A stretch of DNA of 64,000 nt from the NCBI GenBank assembly GCA_002269645.1, contig NIVC01000732.1, positions 248,001 to 312,000 on the forward strand, given 5' to 3'. This stretch comes from Macrostomum lignano. Lineage: Eukaryota. Made by a program: the position numbers and the translations under genes. Below are positions 1 through 21,500 of this stretch, piece after piece. Numbering within the stretch: the stretch's first letter is position 1; every line of letters begins with the position of its first letter. Below the pieces are notes generated by a model. That model saw only the letters and a list, made by a program, of their open reading frames with translations. It had not been told where the DNA came from and searched no databases.

Positions 1-105
1 ACATCAAAATGGAAAGGAAGAACCGCAGCAACGATGCTAAATCGGTTCTGCATTATCCAGACAACAGGAACAGAGGGTCCAGAGGGCTATCTCACAGGCT
101 TGATT
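1..105 (+). CDS. Possible upstream exon of the tensin-like gene
   Basis: An open frame ends at a GTGAGT donor (106) in phase 1, matching the phase of the 845 acceptor. No recognisable tensin motif. Confidence 0.25.
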
Positions 106-216
106 GTGAGTTCTCCGTGAAGTCTCTATGCTGTCTCAGATGCCAACAGCATCGCTTGGTGCCACAGAATAGTTTGGCTTACAAATACTTCATTACTCAA
201 TGATTAATTAAACTAT

Positions 217-772
217 ATAGGGAAATTCTCAGATCTCGCAATGAATCCATAGGGGAATTTCTCAGATCTGAAATATGAATCCATAGGGAATTTCTCAGAT
301 CAGAAATATGAATCCATAGGGGAATTTCTCAGATCTGAAATATGAATCCATAGGGGAATTTCTCAGTTCTGAAATATGAATCCATAGGGGAATTTCTCAG
401 TTCTGAAATATGAATCCATAGGGGAATTTCTCAGTTCTGAAATATGAATCCATAGGGGAATTCCTTAGTTCTGAAATACGAATCCATAGGGGAATTTCTC
501 AGTTCTGAAATATGAATCCATAGGGGAATTTCTCAGATCTGAAATGAATCCATAGGGGAATTTCTCAGTTCTGAAATACGAATGCATAGGGGAATTTCTC
601 AGTTCTGAAATATGAATCATAGGGGAATTTCTCTTTTCTTCCATGTGAATCCACAGGGGAATTTCTCTAATCTCGCAATGACTCCACACAGGAATTTCTC
701 AGGTGGTCAAGGACTCATCAGGGGAGTTGCTCAAATCGCCCGTGCCGTGACCATCTATAATAGGAATTTCTC
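217..772. repeat. 34-bp minisatellite (GGGGAATTTCTCAGTTCTGAAATATGAATCCATA)
   Basis: Period 34 (e.g. 361 to 395); degenerates after about 665. Confidence 0.95.
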
Positions 773-844
773 AGATGACCAATCATAAAAAGCAGCAATA
801 GCTAAGCCAACTTTATTGCTTTTTTCCTTTCGCCTTCGCCGCAG

Positions 845-10242
<9,398 letters not shown>

Positions 10243-11349
10243 GCATACACTTATAGTAACTGGATTGGACATCTAACCTTGCATACTAATAGTAAAGCTT
10301 GGTTCCTACCTCTGAATTAACCAATCATGTCGACATTAAAATGATAACCAAAAACAATATCCACAAGGCTATATCTGTGTGTTTATCGTGCTCATTTCAT
10401 CCAATAAGTTTATTTTAAAGCAGCCAACAAATTTTGTTTTAATTAAGTCACTTTGTTTTCATTCATTAATTAATAACGACCAAAGTTTGTTTAAACTTTT
10501 TTATAGAATAACTATAAAATATGTAATTGTATAATGCTTTGTAGCTATATTTAAAAGCATATGAAGTAGAAAAGATATGAAAAAACACAGGAAGATATAA
10601 AATATTAGAGATAAAAATTCTAAAATAAATAAATTTCAGAGAAAATATTTCTTTATTTTTTGCATTTTATAGCTATAAGGTTTATACAATCTTTGGTTCT
10701 TATTAAAGTTTTAGTACGCAAAAAATTTAAATATCAAATCAGGGTTGTACAGGACAGAATAAAAATAGCAAAACCTAGTTCGTTGTACGATGTTTTGTTA
10801 TTTTTAATTGACGATTTAAAAAGTAAAACTAAATAAACCAATCTTTTATAATTGCTCGCGCACTGGTGTAATGGTGGTTTAAGTGCTTATTTTTGCGCTA
10901 TGCAAACAATGAAGTAATTATTGCTAAAAATAAACAATTTCTCTGATACAATTTCCGTAGACAATAATTTTGTTTCATTTTTTTCTCGACAAGATCAGCT
11001 TAAAGTACTTATCCAGCAGGTAGGATTTAGTGATTTCACTCAGTGCTAAAAGAACCGAAAGCTTCCAATCTCGCGAACTGTTTTTGTAGCAAAAAACTGA
11101 CATCCGTCTTCAATTCTGTAGTGTCCGATCTCTGTTTTAGAATTATTAATTGTCCACAAGTTTTGCGCATAAATTGATCAGCGCGGTATAAGAAATTTTA
11201 AAGCATTAGATAAACATTTTATTCTGTCCACTTAAAGCGCATCATTCCTTGGCTAATCAATACAAGGGATCTGAACCAATCCTACATTTAATTTGAGCAA
11301 TTTTGCTCGCATTTGTAGGCGGTAACTAATAAGTGTAAATTGGTCTTTA

Positions 11350-12142
11350 GTTTATCTTGTACAACCCAGACGAGATGGGCCGAACATAAAAATTTTAGCC
11401 TGATACAGACGAGGCTGGACGCGGAATACAAGCCATACTAAAAAACCATATGTTGTATAGGGTTTCTTGCAGGGGGGGGTGGTTTTGGTGTAGGTCTTCA
11501 GTAGATTACATCGCTGCCACCAATGTTGTACCCTTACTTCTCGGGCTGCGTGAGGACAGTTGACCAATGCTGTCCTTCGTTACACATCGAAGTAGAAAGC
11601 CTTCACTAATAACGTAGGTAGTGCTGCCACCAGTCCCTTCGGGTCTCAGTCTTCGATGAGGTGAGGATCCCGTCGGAACGAAATAAACTAAACTAGCTAT
11701 CACAGCACTTCAGGTAGATTTGCGATTTCAGACACTAAGTTAGGAACAGAGGAGAATCTCAGAAGAGAAGAAGGGAGAGCTGTGACGGAAACACGGCTGA
11801 GGGGGGTCCGCACTTATAGTCTGGGGAACCCCATTGCGCCATAGCACCTACCGGTAAGACCCCATTGCGCCAGAGCACCTACCGGTAAGACCCCATTGCG
11901 CCAGAGCACGTACCGGTAAGACCCCATTGCGCCAGAGCACGTACCGGTAAGACCCCATTGCGCCAAAGCACGCGTTACAGAAGGCATTTGGGTCTCCGGC
12001 ACGGGGGTTCCCTCATAACCATAGAGGTGTTTATTGTACTTTGGACTGCGAGAAAACAGTTTGGTATGTGACTGGTTCACATGACAAGGTGAAGGGCGGG
12101 CCACGAAACCACCGGTGACCACTGAACGTAGAACGCACAACA
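11350..12142 (-). mobile_element. Orphan 5' LTR with primer-binding site and a short truncated internal region
   Basis: TGTTGT...ACAACA termini at 11524 and 12142. On the minus strand the LTR is followed by TGGTGGCAGCG (11512-11522), a tRNA-Leu-type PBS. TATAAG lies near 11817 and a 31-bp internal repeat (about 5 copies) at 11829-11970. No gag/pol and no second LTR; the outer boundary could extend to about 12350. Confidence 0.6.
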
Positions 12143-12359
12143 AAGAGCAGGCCCAGTGGCTGCAGTCAGAGAACAAAGCGCAGGCAGGAAGGAGGCAGAC
12201 CGGAAAAGGGGGAGCTGCGCCCTAGCGGCAGATGACAGCTCAAGATCGAGCGAGGCGGGGATGCTGCTGACTAGAGTGAGACACCTAACCATTAATCCAG
12301 TGGCTCACTCACATGGATACAAGTTATCATTGCTGATACGTCCCCAATAGTATAGCCAT

Positions 12360-12835
12360 TCGCTTGCAGAAGTGGCCCCAGTCGCCAATAGTCGCCTCAG
12401 AAAGAGGTCATTTTAAAAGCTACAAAATACGCAACTCAACAACCGAGCTACTCGTATACGAGTAGTATAGAAACTGGCAATCTTTGCTCCCCGGTTTAGG
12501 AAAAAGGAGAGAACATCCTCTTGCCAGTGTAGTGTACATTTCCCTCGCAGGGCACGCGGGGAGAGGAAATGCTTCCGCGGATAGCTCAAATTGTACTTTT
12601 ATTCTCTCTCTCCCAAGACTGACTGTACAGCCACGCTAAAGATATTTCTTGCAAAGACCGAGAACCTCTAGAATGAATAGAAAAGCCGAAACCGAAAACA
12701 AGTAAGGTGTGGTAAAGAGCTCAGTTAAGACTAAAAAGTTCAACAGACAGTTGCTTTGCTTGCCCCGCTTAACTGTTTATTTGGAACCTAAAGAATACTG
12801 CAGGGTAAGCAGCTTACCAGCTATACGAAAAGCTG
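12360..12835 (+). promoter_or_regulatory. Conserved upstream region shared with 30990-31426
   Basis: Shared blocks AAAATACGCAAC, GTACATTTCCCTCGC, TTTTATTCTCTCTC..AG|ACTGACTGTAC, GAAAAGCCGAAA and TAAGCAGCTTAC..ATACGAAAAGCT.ATG. Confidence 0.6.
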
Positions 12836-14173
12836 ATGGCAGGTGCCGGTAATTGGCCTCGAGGCCAAGAAGTTCGCCACCGACAATTTGAGGTCGTTCG
12901 GGGCAGCAGGTACTCTGACTGCAGAGGACGATACGATTCCAGGGGCCGCGGCAGAGGTCGAGGCGACGGATGGACGTCAGCAGCACGGGAGAACATGAAA
13001 AATCAGAAGGCAAAGTGGAATTTTAGTACTCTACTGTGCGGGCCTGCCGACTCGCAGATTGTGTTTACCGAATACCAAGGCTTTTGCAATCAGAGGGCTA
13101 AAGAACTTCGCGATAAAGGTCACATTCATGTGGCCCTTTTTCGGACGACGACTGACGAAGAAGTGTGTCAGAATTTTCGAGAAAAGCTACGTTCGATCAC
13201 TACATCCATGACCGAATGCAAAGATTTGCTCAATGAAAATTGCCAATTGAGAGCTTTTATCCGGGTCGGAGATCTGTACTTCAATCACAGAAGCTTCCGG
13301 TTTGACAGCCGTCCTGGACCTCAGCTTAGAGACTTCGGTGATCTGATGGAGTCAGACAAGTTCGAAAAAGCGTCACAACGATTGGACAGATTTTTCAATC
13401 CCGATGAAGAAGGATTCTACCAGCGGCGCCCAATTACCTCAACATTCGTGACTGAGAAAACCGTGGCTAATCATGCCCTGCTGGAGGTGTTTCTCAGCAT
13501 GCGAGACTTTGAGGAAGTCAGGGACAACAGCGAAAAAGACGCGATTCTCACCGTTACATTGAACAAAAATCAGAAAAAATTTGAGCTCATTTTCGACGCG
13601 AAAAATCAGGTATTGGACTCTGTGATGCTGATCACTAGCAAATGGAATCTGAACATTGTCACAGCAAAGGGCACCGACTACCAGGGCTCATTTAACGAGG
13701 TCGCCGACTTCAGACTGCACTTCGAAGCTTCATTTCCCAGCGACACGGAGGAGGTCAATGAGAGCTTGGCTGCCGAAGGATTCAACAAAGAAGACCTGCA
13801 GCAGTTATTCAAAAGGATCGGCGAGGCACCGCCTGCCTCAGATTTGTTGTCGGATGGCTCCGAGAGGCACTATTGGCTGAAAAGTCTGCCGCAATTAGCA
13901 GAGAAGCTGGACTATCTTCGTGAGCAGTCTAATAAAACATTTGTACGGCATCACGACCGATGGCCACTTCATGTGCGGCTTCGGCAGTTCAAATTCTACA
14001 AGTTAGTAAACCCCGTGGCTGGCGTGTTCCAGCCGCTGGCCGGGGTCGAGCTGCGGGTCAGCGCTGATCTGGGCTGCTCCTTGGACACGGAGGTCCTTGG
14101 CGATCCGGAGTTCGTGAGCTACATGTGGGAGTGCTGCCAGCTGATGCAGGACCTGGTGGCCGCTTCGCTGTAG
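12836..14173 (+). CDS. Intronless uncharacterised protein, family paralogue 1 (445 aa, short RG-rich N-terminus)
   Basis: ATG-initiated ORF, highly similar to 31427-33448 and more distantly to 35673-36902. Confidence 0.85.
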   Translation: MAGAGNWPRGQEVRHRQFEVVRGSRYSDCRGRYDSRGRGRGRGDGWTSAARENMKNQKAKWNFSTLLCGPADSQIVFTEYQGFCNQRAKELRDKGHIHVALFRTTTDEEVCQNFREKLRSITTSMTECKDLLNENCQLRAFIRVGDLYFNHRSFRFDSRPGPQLRDFGDLMESDKFEKASQRLDRFFNPDEEGFYQRRPITSTFVTEKTVANHALLEVFLSMRDFEEVRDNSEKDAILTVTLNKNQKKFELIFDAKNQVLDSVMLITSKWNLNIVTAKGTDYQGSFNEVADFRLHFEASFPSDTEEVNESLAAEGFNKEDLQQLFKRIGEAPPASDLLSDGSERHYWLKSLPQLAEKLDYLREQSNKTFVRHHDRWPLHVRLRQFKFYKLVNPVAGVFQPLAGVELRVSADLGCSLDTEVLGDPEFVSYMWECCQLMQDLVAASL

Positions 14174-14446
14174 GCTTGACTCGTTTGTTGAGAGTCGGCC
14201 GGACTATTGAAGAAATTCGATGTATGTTTTCAATGTGTTTTCGACGATTATCTATCTTTCTATATAATCTATGTTCTACAAACTTATTGAAAGCCACAGC
14301 GTCACGTCGTTTTTATTTGAAGCAGTCTGCTCCTTGAACGCTATGCTCGTAAATGCATATGGAATATTGGTGTATATGAGAACGTTAGTATTGAGGCATA
14401 GCACAAATTTTAACTCTGCTTTACAACTTAGTTATTTTAAGAGCTA

Positions 14447-14630
14447 GTGAACCCCGTGGCTGGCGTGTTACAGCCGCTGCCCGGGGTCGAGCTGATCTGG
14501 GCTGCTCCTTGGACACGGAGGTCCTTGGCGATCTGGAGTTCGCGAGTTACATGTGGGAGTGCTGCCAGCTGATGCAGGCTCTGTGGCGATGCGACTCTCA
14601 ACTCGTTCGTTGAGAGTCGGTCGAACTATT
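14447..14630 (+). pseudogene. Decayed duplicate of the 3' end of the paralogue-1/2 gene
   Basis: Near-copy of about 14005-14205 (AACCCCGTGGCTGGCGTG...TACATGTGGGAGTGCTGCCAGCTGATGCAGG) with an internal deletion. Confidence 0.85.
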
Positions 14631-15319
14631 TTTTACTAAATTTGACGTACTCCTCATCCTGTTTTTCAATCTTCTCGTTTTCCTTCAATATTCTGAGGTA
14701 ACGTTCTTTATTGTCTTATTTTAATTGTTCTCATATTTATTCCGTGAACTACCAGGTAACAAATCACTACACGGTGTTTTCAGATTTTACAGTTTATTTC
14801 TGGTGCATACGAGTAAGCCGGTTTTACGCTCGTGTAATTCTATCATTCCATGTGTCCGAATGTTTATTTTTACTTTTGCCATAGTTCGCTTAACATCCGT
14901 TTGAAGCCGACGAAAGTAAAATGGCACAAAAATTTTACTTACATTTTCCTATCCTTTTCATAGTAATTACCTAATTAGCCCGTAATATGCGATTTTTAGC
15001 AGTTAATATCGGAGCGTGAAGAAGAGGAATTGAATTTATTTTCAATTCTTTCAGGGTGACCCATTCAGGATGAACTGAATATGTGTTATTGGTATATTTC
15101 TCTTTTAAAATTGCTATTTAGAGGGCAGTTGTAGGCATGGCAGGGTTCAGAAATTACGAGAATATTACGCGCATAGTTTGCGTGAGCCCGAGGTGGATTA
15201 TTCACCTGCAGCTGATAAATTAGCTTTAATTCAAATAAACTTGTGTGCATTCTTATAGACTAAAATAACTCCGTCTCAGTGCGCAACCAAAAATTTTTTG
15301 AGGGGGCGCTCTGGGGCGG

Positions 15320-15600
15320 GTGGACAGGAAGATCGGCTCTACGGCCGCGCGGAACAGGTGCACCTTCAAAGTCGTCTCTGGCAGCTGAATTGAAGACGCT
15401 CTTGAGAAGATAAGTGGAACGCCAGGCCTGGTTTCTCCAGCTTTTCGGAGACAATAGCAGCGGGGGTTCATCAGCAGGGCGACGAGGTACCGGAGTCCTC
15501 ACACACCGCGATGCTGTCTCCATTGAGCAGCGTCAGAGTTGTGACGGTGTTTGTGCCCACATTTTGAGACTGTTCCAGCTAAGAATTTATGCCTCTGGTC
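15320..15600 (-). mobile_element. Degenerate RTE-like non-LTR retrotransposon fragment
   Basis: The minus strand encodes frameshifted LLNGDSIAVCED, QAWRSTYLLKSVFNSAARDD and LKVHLFRAAVEPI, matching the 24487-25226 element. Confidence 0.75.
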
Positions 15601-16174
15601 TTTACGACTTGGTTGGGGCGACGGAAGAGAGGAAGCAAGTTTTAAGGCGTCAATTTTTGTGCGCTTTGAAACCAACTCTTAATTAATTAAAAGGTAAAGG
15701 GAACTAAGCTGTGCATACAAGGATTCTAGGGATTTCGGGGTACAGTTCCTATTCATTTTTACGCCCTCGATCTTATTTAGGGAGAAATTGGCAAGAATCA
15801 ATATATGAAGTAGGTTTCCTACAATCTCAATCTACCTTTTATAATGTTCCGTAAGATATTACTTTTAGTAGTTGGTTTTGTATACTAATCCCCTAGCCAA
15901 TCACCGAATTTCTATGCTTTTGTTTGAATGTTACCTTTTTGTTTTAATTTTTGGTTTGTTATAGGTCCCGGTATATTTTGTTTAATTGTGCTCCCATCAA
16001 TAGTCAGCCCACCTATGATCCCTCGAAAAATTATATATAAAGGCGCAAGCTGAAGCCGAAATAGACCAGAACTCTTTAAACTCTCTCGGTGAGCTCGAGT
16101 GATTTATCTACCAATTTGATTAGCTTTAAGAAAAATTCTACTGAAGGCTTACCTGTCAGTTCTTTATTAGAGAA

Positions 16175-17466
16175 ATACCGAGGTCGTAGAGACCCAGAGT
16201 AGGAATCTGGAATAGGGAGTTATCGAGGTCGTAGAGACCCAGAGTAGGAATCTGGAATAGGGAGTTATCGAGGTCGTAGAGACCCAGAGTAGGAATCTGG
16301 AATAGGGAGCTATCGAGGTCGTAGAGACCCAGAGTAGGGATCTGGAATAGGGAGTTATCGAGGTCGTAGAGACCCAGAGTAGGGATCTGGAATAGGGAGT
16401 TATCGAGGTCGTAGAGACCCAGAGTAGGAATCTGGAATAGGGAGTTTTCGAGGTCGCAGAGACCCCCCGACACCACGCTGTGCGTCGCTGCTGGCCACGT
16501 GACGTCCAGTTTCCACGCCGAGTTAGTGGCCATCGCCGAGGCCCTTAGGTGGGTGCTCGCGGCCCCGGACCCGGCAGAACTGTCGCCGGTCGGCATCTGC
16601 TCTGACTCCCTGAGCGCGCTCAGCGCGCTCGCGTCCGGCCCCGGGTCGACGGGCACCACCATGATCGACGCCGTCTGGGCCAGCCTCGCCGACCTCGCGG
16701 CCCGGAGAACCTCGGTCCACTTGCAGTGGGTGCCTGCCCACGCGGGAATTCCCAGCAACGAGGCCGTGGACGAGATCGCCAAGCGAGGCTCCACGCTGGC
16801 GCAAGGCACCGCGCCCGTCCCGTTGGCTGCCGCGCAGGCTGCCGTCCGCCGCCACTGCCTCGCCCGCTGGCACCAGACCTACAACGCGGCGGCCACCGAG
16901 GCGGCGAGCACGAGCTCGCTGGCCTGGCACCTTGCCTGCACGGCGGGCCGCCTGCCGCCTCCGCCGACGAGCCACCTCACGCGGCGGCAGGAGCGGCTGA
17001 TCTGCCAGCTGCGCGCCGACCGCTGCCCGGCCCTGCGGGGCTTCCAGGCCGCCATCGGCGTTGACGTGGCCCCCACCTGCCGCTTCTGTGGCGATGAAGA
17101 GGAGACGGCGGCCCATCTGCTGATCTCCTGCCCCGCCCTGACTCCACACCGCTGCCACCTCTGGGGACCAAGCCCGGAGCCCACGGCAGTTTTCGAGAAC
17201 TGCGTCGCGGTGTTGAACTTCCTCGGGAAGGCGGGCGCCGTCTGACGCCCGGTGCCATGGGCCCTGGCTCGAGCGCGCCCGAAGAAGAAGAAGAAGAAGA
17301 AGAAGAAGGTCGCAGAGACCCAGAGTAGGAATCTGGAATAGGGAGCTATCGAGGTCGTAGAGACTCAGAATAGGAATCTGGAATAGGGAGCTATCGAGGT
17401 CGTAGAGACTCAGAATAGGGATCTGGAATAGGGAGTTATCGAGGTCGTAGAGACTCAGAATAGGGA
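16175..17466. repeat. 45-bp minisatellite (16175-16465 and 17309-17466) split by a LINE insertion
   Basis: Period 45 (16201 to 16246); the same unit resumes after the insertion. Confidence 0.95.
16466..17308 (+). mobile_element. 5'-truncated I-group non-LTR retrotransposon (RNase H plus C-terminal zinc knuckle)
   Basis: AELVAIAEAL...CSDSLSAL...LQWVPAHAGIPSNEAVDEIAK (RNase H) and CRFCGDEEETAAHLLISC (CCHC). (GAA)n tail at 17281-17308. 13-bp TSD GTCGCAGAGACCC at 16453-16465 and 17309-17321. Confidence 0.92.
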
Positions 17467-17722
17467 GCAAAAAGCCGTATAGAGGCGAAATAAGCCGTGA
17501 AGGTGTAATATTTTATTCCTTGCCTTAGAGGCAGTCTGAACTGTTAGCAATCGTGACAAATAATTAGCTGAATCATCGTATTGATTTAATGTACGTTCGC
17601 TCTCTATGTACATCGCAGGCTTAACTTCAACTTGCATAAATAAAGCGATCACTGCCTCACGGGGCCTTCGTGTTTTTGGTGCTGCCAAATACCGCGTGTT
17701 ACAAGTGGTAGCAGAGCGTACT

Positions 17723-18514
17723 ATGGCAGAGGGCGGCAGTCACCGTGCGATTCCTAGGGCGTTCAGCTCAGGAAACTTTAAGGAGTGGCTCCAGCGGTTT
17801 GAGCTGTGCGCGGCAGCCAACAAGTGGGTAAATGACAAGCATTTGCACCTGCCAACGTTTTTGGATGGTGAGGCTCTGGCTGTTTTTCTTGAGCTCGACG
17901 AGAATAGCAAGAGCGACTACAGCAAAGTGACCAAAGCTCTGAGCCAGGCATTTCACCCGGACAGCCAGCAATTCTCAGCGCCGGATGCATTCGAGAGCCG
18001 GAAGCTGCTGCCGGGCGAATCTCCTCGGCTCTTTCTCTAACACCTGAAGCAGCTGCTAAAGGACTCTGGCATCAGCGAGGCAGGCGCAACGGCCACCATG
18101 CTGACTCACCAGTTCATTCGCGGACTGCCGGTGGACATCAGCAAGCAGATCAGAGCGGACGCGTCAGCCAAGACCGTGAGTGACGCTCTCGCACGGGCAC
18201 AACTGCTACTGGAGCTGCCTTCTGCCACCACGGACGGATTCAAGCAGCCTCTTGCAGCGGCAGCCGGAGCTGCAGGCAGCGCGGAGACTGCAGAACTGCG
18301 GGCTGCGGTCAGCTCGCTGCAGGCGACCGTCCAAGACCTGGCGGCGAAGCTGGGCTCAGAGGTTTCGGACTCCTGCGCGATTCGCAGTGCGAGGAGACAG
18401 CGCGAGGTGACCTGCTGGAACTGCCACCGCCGCGGTCACATCGCCAGGAACTGCAATCAGCCGTCGGGAAACGGCACAGGCCGGGGCAGAGCCCGCACCC
18501 CTGGCCAGTTCTGA
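17723..18514 (+). pseudogene. gag: Gypsy gag with one in-frame stop (18038-18040)
   Basis: MAEGG...FKEWLQRFE...HQFIRGLP...CWNCHRRGHIARNC zinc knuckle. Confidence 0.88.
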
Positions 18515-21500
18515 GCGCGGGCCCCAGCGTGAGTGGGTTGTTCCTGGGCGCAGAGGGGAGCGGTGCAGCCAGCAGCAGCGCAGCGGCAGTCGTCATCAGG
18601 CCGAACTCGGTGACATCCAAGCTGCAGTGCAGGATCGGAGGCGCGGACGTCATGGCGCTTATCGACTCAGGCAGCCAGGTGTCAATCGTGGACAAGCGGG
18701 TCCTGCAGAGCATGCGGCCAGCTCAGCTGGAGAGCGTGCACCTGGAGCTGCGGGCAGTCAACCAGTAAGCGGTGCCGGTGCGGCAGGTGGCCAGTCTGGC
18801 GGTGTCGCTCTGGTGTCTGAAGGTCTGGTTGCTGCCGTCATCATCGGGCTGGACTTCATCAAGGCCTGCAACATGTGCCTGGACTTCAGCGACAGTGCAG
18901 CAGAGACCCCATCAAAGGACTCTTGTGTGATCAACGGCGTGAGTCACCTCGATGCTGACAGTCAGCTCGAGGACATTGAAGAGAAGCTGGTGCCGGATTT
19001 CACCAAGGAGGAGATCGACCTGCCAGTCGCGGAGGACCCGGACATCCAAGCTTTGGTGCACGAGTTCAGCGACATTTTCACCAGGCGGCCAGGGCTGACG
19101 GATCGACACGAGCACAGCATCCCGCTGACTGACGATGTCCCGGTGCGGATTCCGCCGAGGAAGCTGCCGGTGCACTGGGAGCCCGAGGTGAGGAAGCCGA
19201 TTCAGGAGCTGCTGGACAATGACGTCATCGAGGAGCCGGACAGCCCGTAAGTGGCGACCCCAGTGTACGTGCGGAAGAAGAACGGTGACTTGCGGTTGAC
19301 GATCGATTATCGCGAGCTGAACAAGAAGACGGTGCGGTCAGCGTAGGGCATTCCGCAGATGGACTTCGTCAAAGACAAGTTGGCTGGCAACGAGATTTTC
19401 TCGGTGATCGACCTGAACGGCGGCTACTTCCAAATTCCGATGAAGCCGGAAGACAAGCAGAAGACGACCTTCAGCCCAGGGCCCAGAATGCCGCTGTACC
19501 AGTTCAAGCGGATGCCGCAGGGCGTCTGCGGCGGCCCGAGCTCGTTCACCATCCTAATGAACCGCGTGTTCAAAGGCGCCGCGCAGACCTTCACCTACAT
19601 GGACGACACGCTGTGCTTCTACAGATCGAAGGCTGAGCATCTCCGGCACCTGCGAGAAGTCTTCGAGATGATCAGAGGCGCTGGGCTCACCGTCCGAGGC
19701 AGCAAGTGCCAGCTAGGCTTGCCGGAGGTCACTTTTCTCGGCACCGTGTTCTCGGCCAAGGGTGCCACCGTGAGCCCTGAGAAGGTGCGCGCTATCCAGG
19801 AGTGGCCGATACCGCATTCGCCAACGCAGGTGCGGCAGTTCCTGGGCCTCTGCAACCAGTACAGGAAGTACGTGCCGAGCTTCTCCGACATCGCCGGGCC
19901 GCTGCACAGACTGACGAGCAAAACAGAGAAGTTCGAGTGGACCAGCGAGTGCGGCACGGCATTCCGACGTCTCAAGGAGGCCCTGCAGCAGCCGCCGATC
20001 ATCGGCCACCCGGATTTCTCCAAGGAGTTCCAGCTCTACACGGATGCCAGCAACACCGGAGTCGGCATCGTGCTCAAGCAAGGAGACCAGGTGATTGAGT
20101 ACTGCAGCAGAGCGCTTACGGCACCGGAGAAGGGCTACTCAACTGTCGAGAAGGAGTGCCTGGCTATCCTGCACGCCCTGAAGACCTACAGGCACTACCT
20201 GCTTGGCCGGCACTTCACGGTCTTCACCGACCACTGCCCGCTCACGTTTCTGAATTCTCAGCGGGTCGACAGCCATGGCCGGCTTGGGCGCTGGCGGTTG
20301 CTGCTGCAGGAGTTCGCCTTCACCATCAAGTATACCAAGGGCGTCGACAACGTGGAGGCGGACGGCCTGTCCAGGATGCACGAAAGCCATGGCGAGGTGA
20401 TCGGAGCGTCGGCAACGGAGCTACAGCCGAAGGTGTCCAATCAGGAGATGCGGCAGGCGCAACTTGCCGATCCGAAGCTCAAGCTGGTCCTCGCGGCGCT
20501 GGAGAAGGACAGCACGACGCCACCAAGATGGTCGGACACCAGCCTGAGACACCTCAGCCGCATCTGGCGGAAGCTGAGGATCCAAGATGGCTTTCTCTGC
20601 CGGGCATTCAACGACGCCGCAGGACCGAGAGACGTTCCTGTGATTCCGGAGTCGCTGCGGCGCCAGTTCCTGACCGACTTCCACGAAGGCATCGGCGGCC
20701 ACTTCGGGCCAGAGAAGATGGCCGATACGCTGAAGCAGGCCGCCTACTGGCCGGGATTGCAGAGCGATGTGGTGAGTTTCTGCCAGGAGTGCCAGACCTG
20801 CCAGCTAAAGGCGCAGCAGCGCCCCGCGGCCCCACTTGGAGAGATGCCGATCGGCAAGCCCTGGCAGACCGTGGCCATCGACGTGCTTAAGGTGCCGCTG
20901 TCAGACCGCGGCAACAGCTACCTGCTGGTGATGCAGGACCAGTTCTCCAAGTTCCTGACCGCCATGCCGATGCCAGACCAGACTGCCAAGACCATCGCGG
21001 ACGCTGCAGTCAAGGTTTTCTCGCTGTTCGGAGTTCCATCGGTCATCCACTCGGATCAGGGCGCGAACTTCGAGAGTGAGCTGTTCCAGGAGACGCTGCG
21101 AGCGCTGGGCATCAGGAAGACGCGCACATCGCCCTACCATCCGCAGGGAAACGGCCTTGTGGAGCGCGGCAACAAGTCGCTGTTGCAACTGCTGCGGCTG
21201 TTCACCGAGAGTGAGTCCAGCTGGGAGGAGCAGCTGCCGCTGGTGGTCCTGTCCTACAACTCCAGGGTCCACAGCTCAACCAAGGTGACGCCGCTGACTG
21301 TGATGACCGGCCGCGACCCGCAGCTTCCACCTCAGGTGCAGGCCAGCGAGCAGCAGTATGACATCGGCACCTACTCGGCGCTGCTGGAGCGTCGGTTGGC
21401 CCGCATTCGCGAGTTCGTTGAGGAAAACCTGGTGGCCGCCGGACAGCAACAGAAGGCGGCGCACGACAAGAAGGCGTCGGACCTGCCGCAGTTTCCGCAA

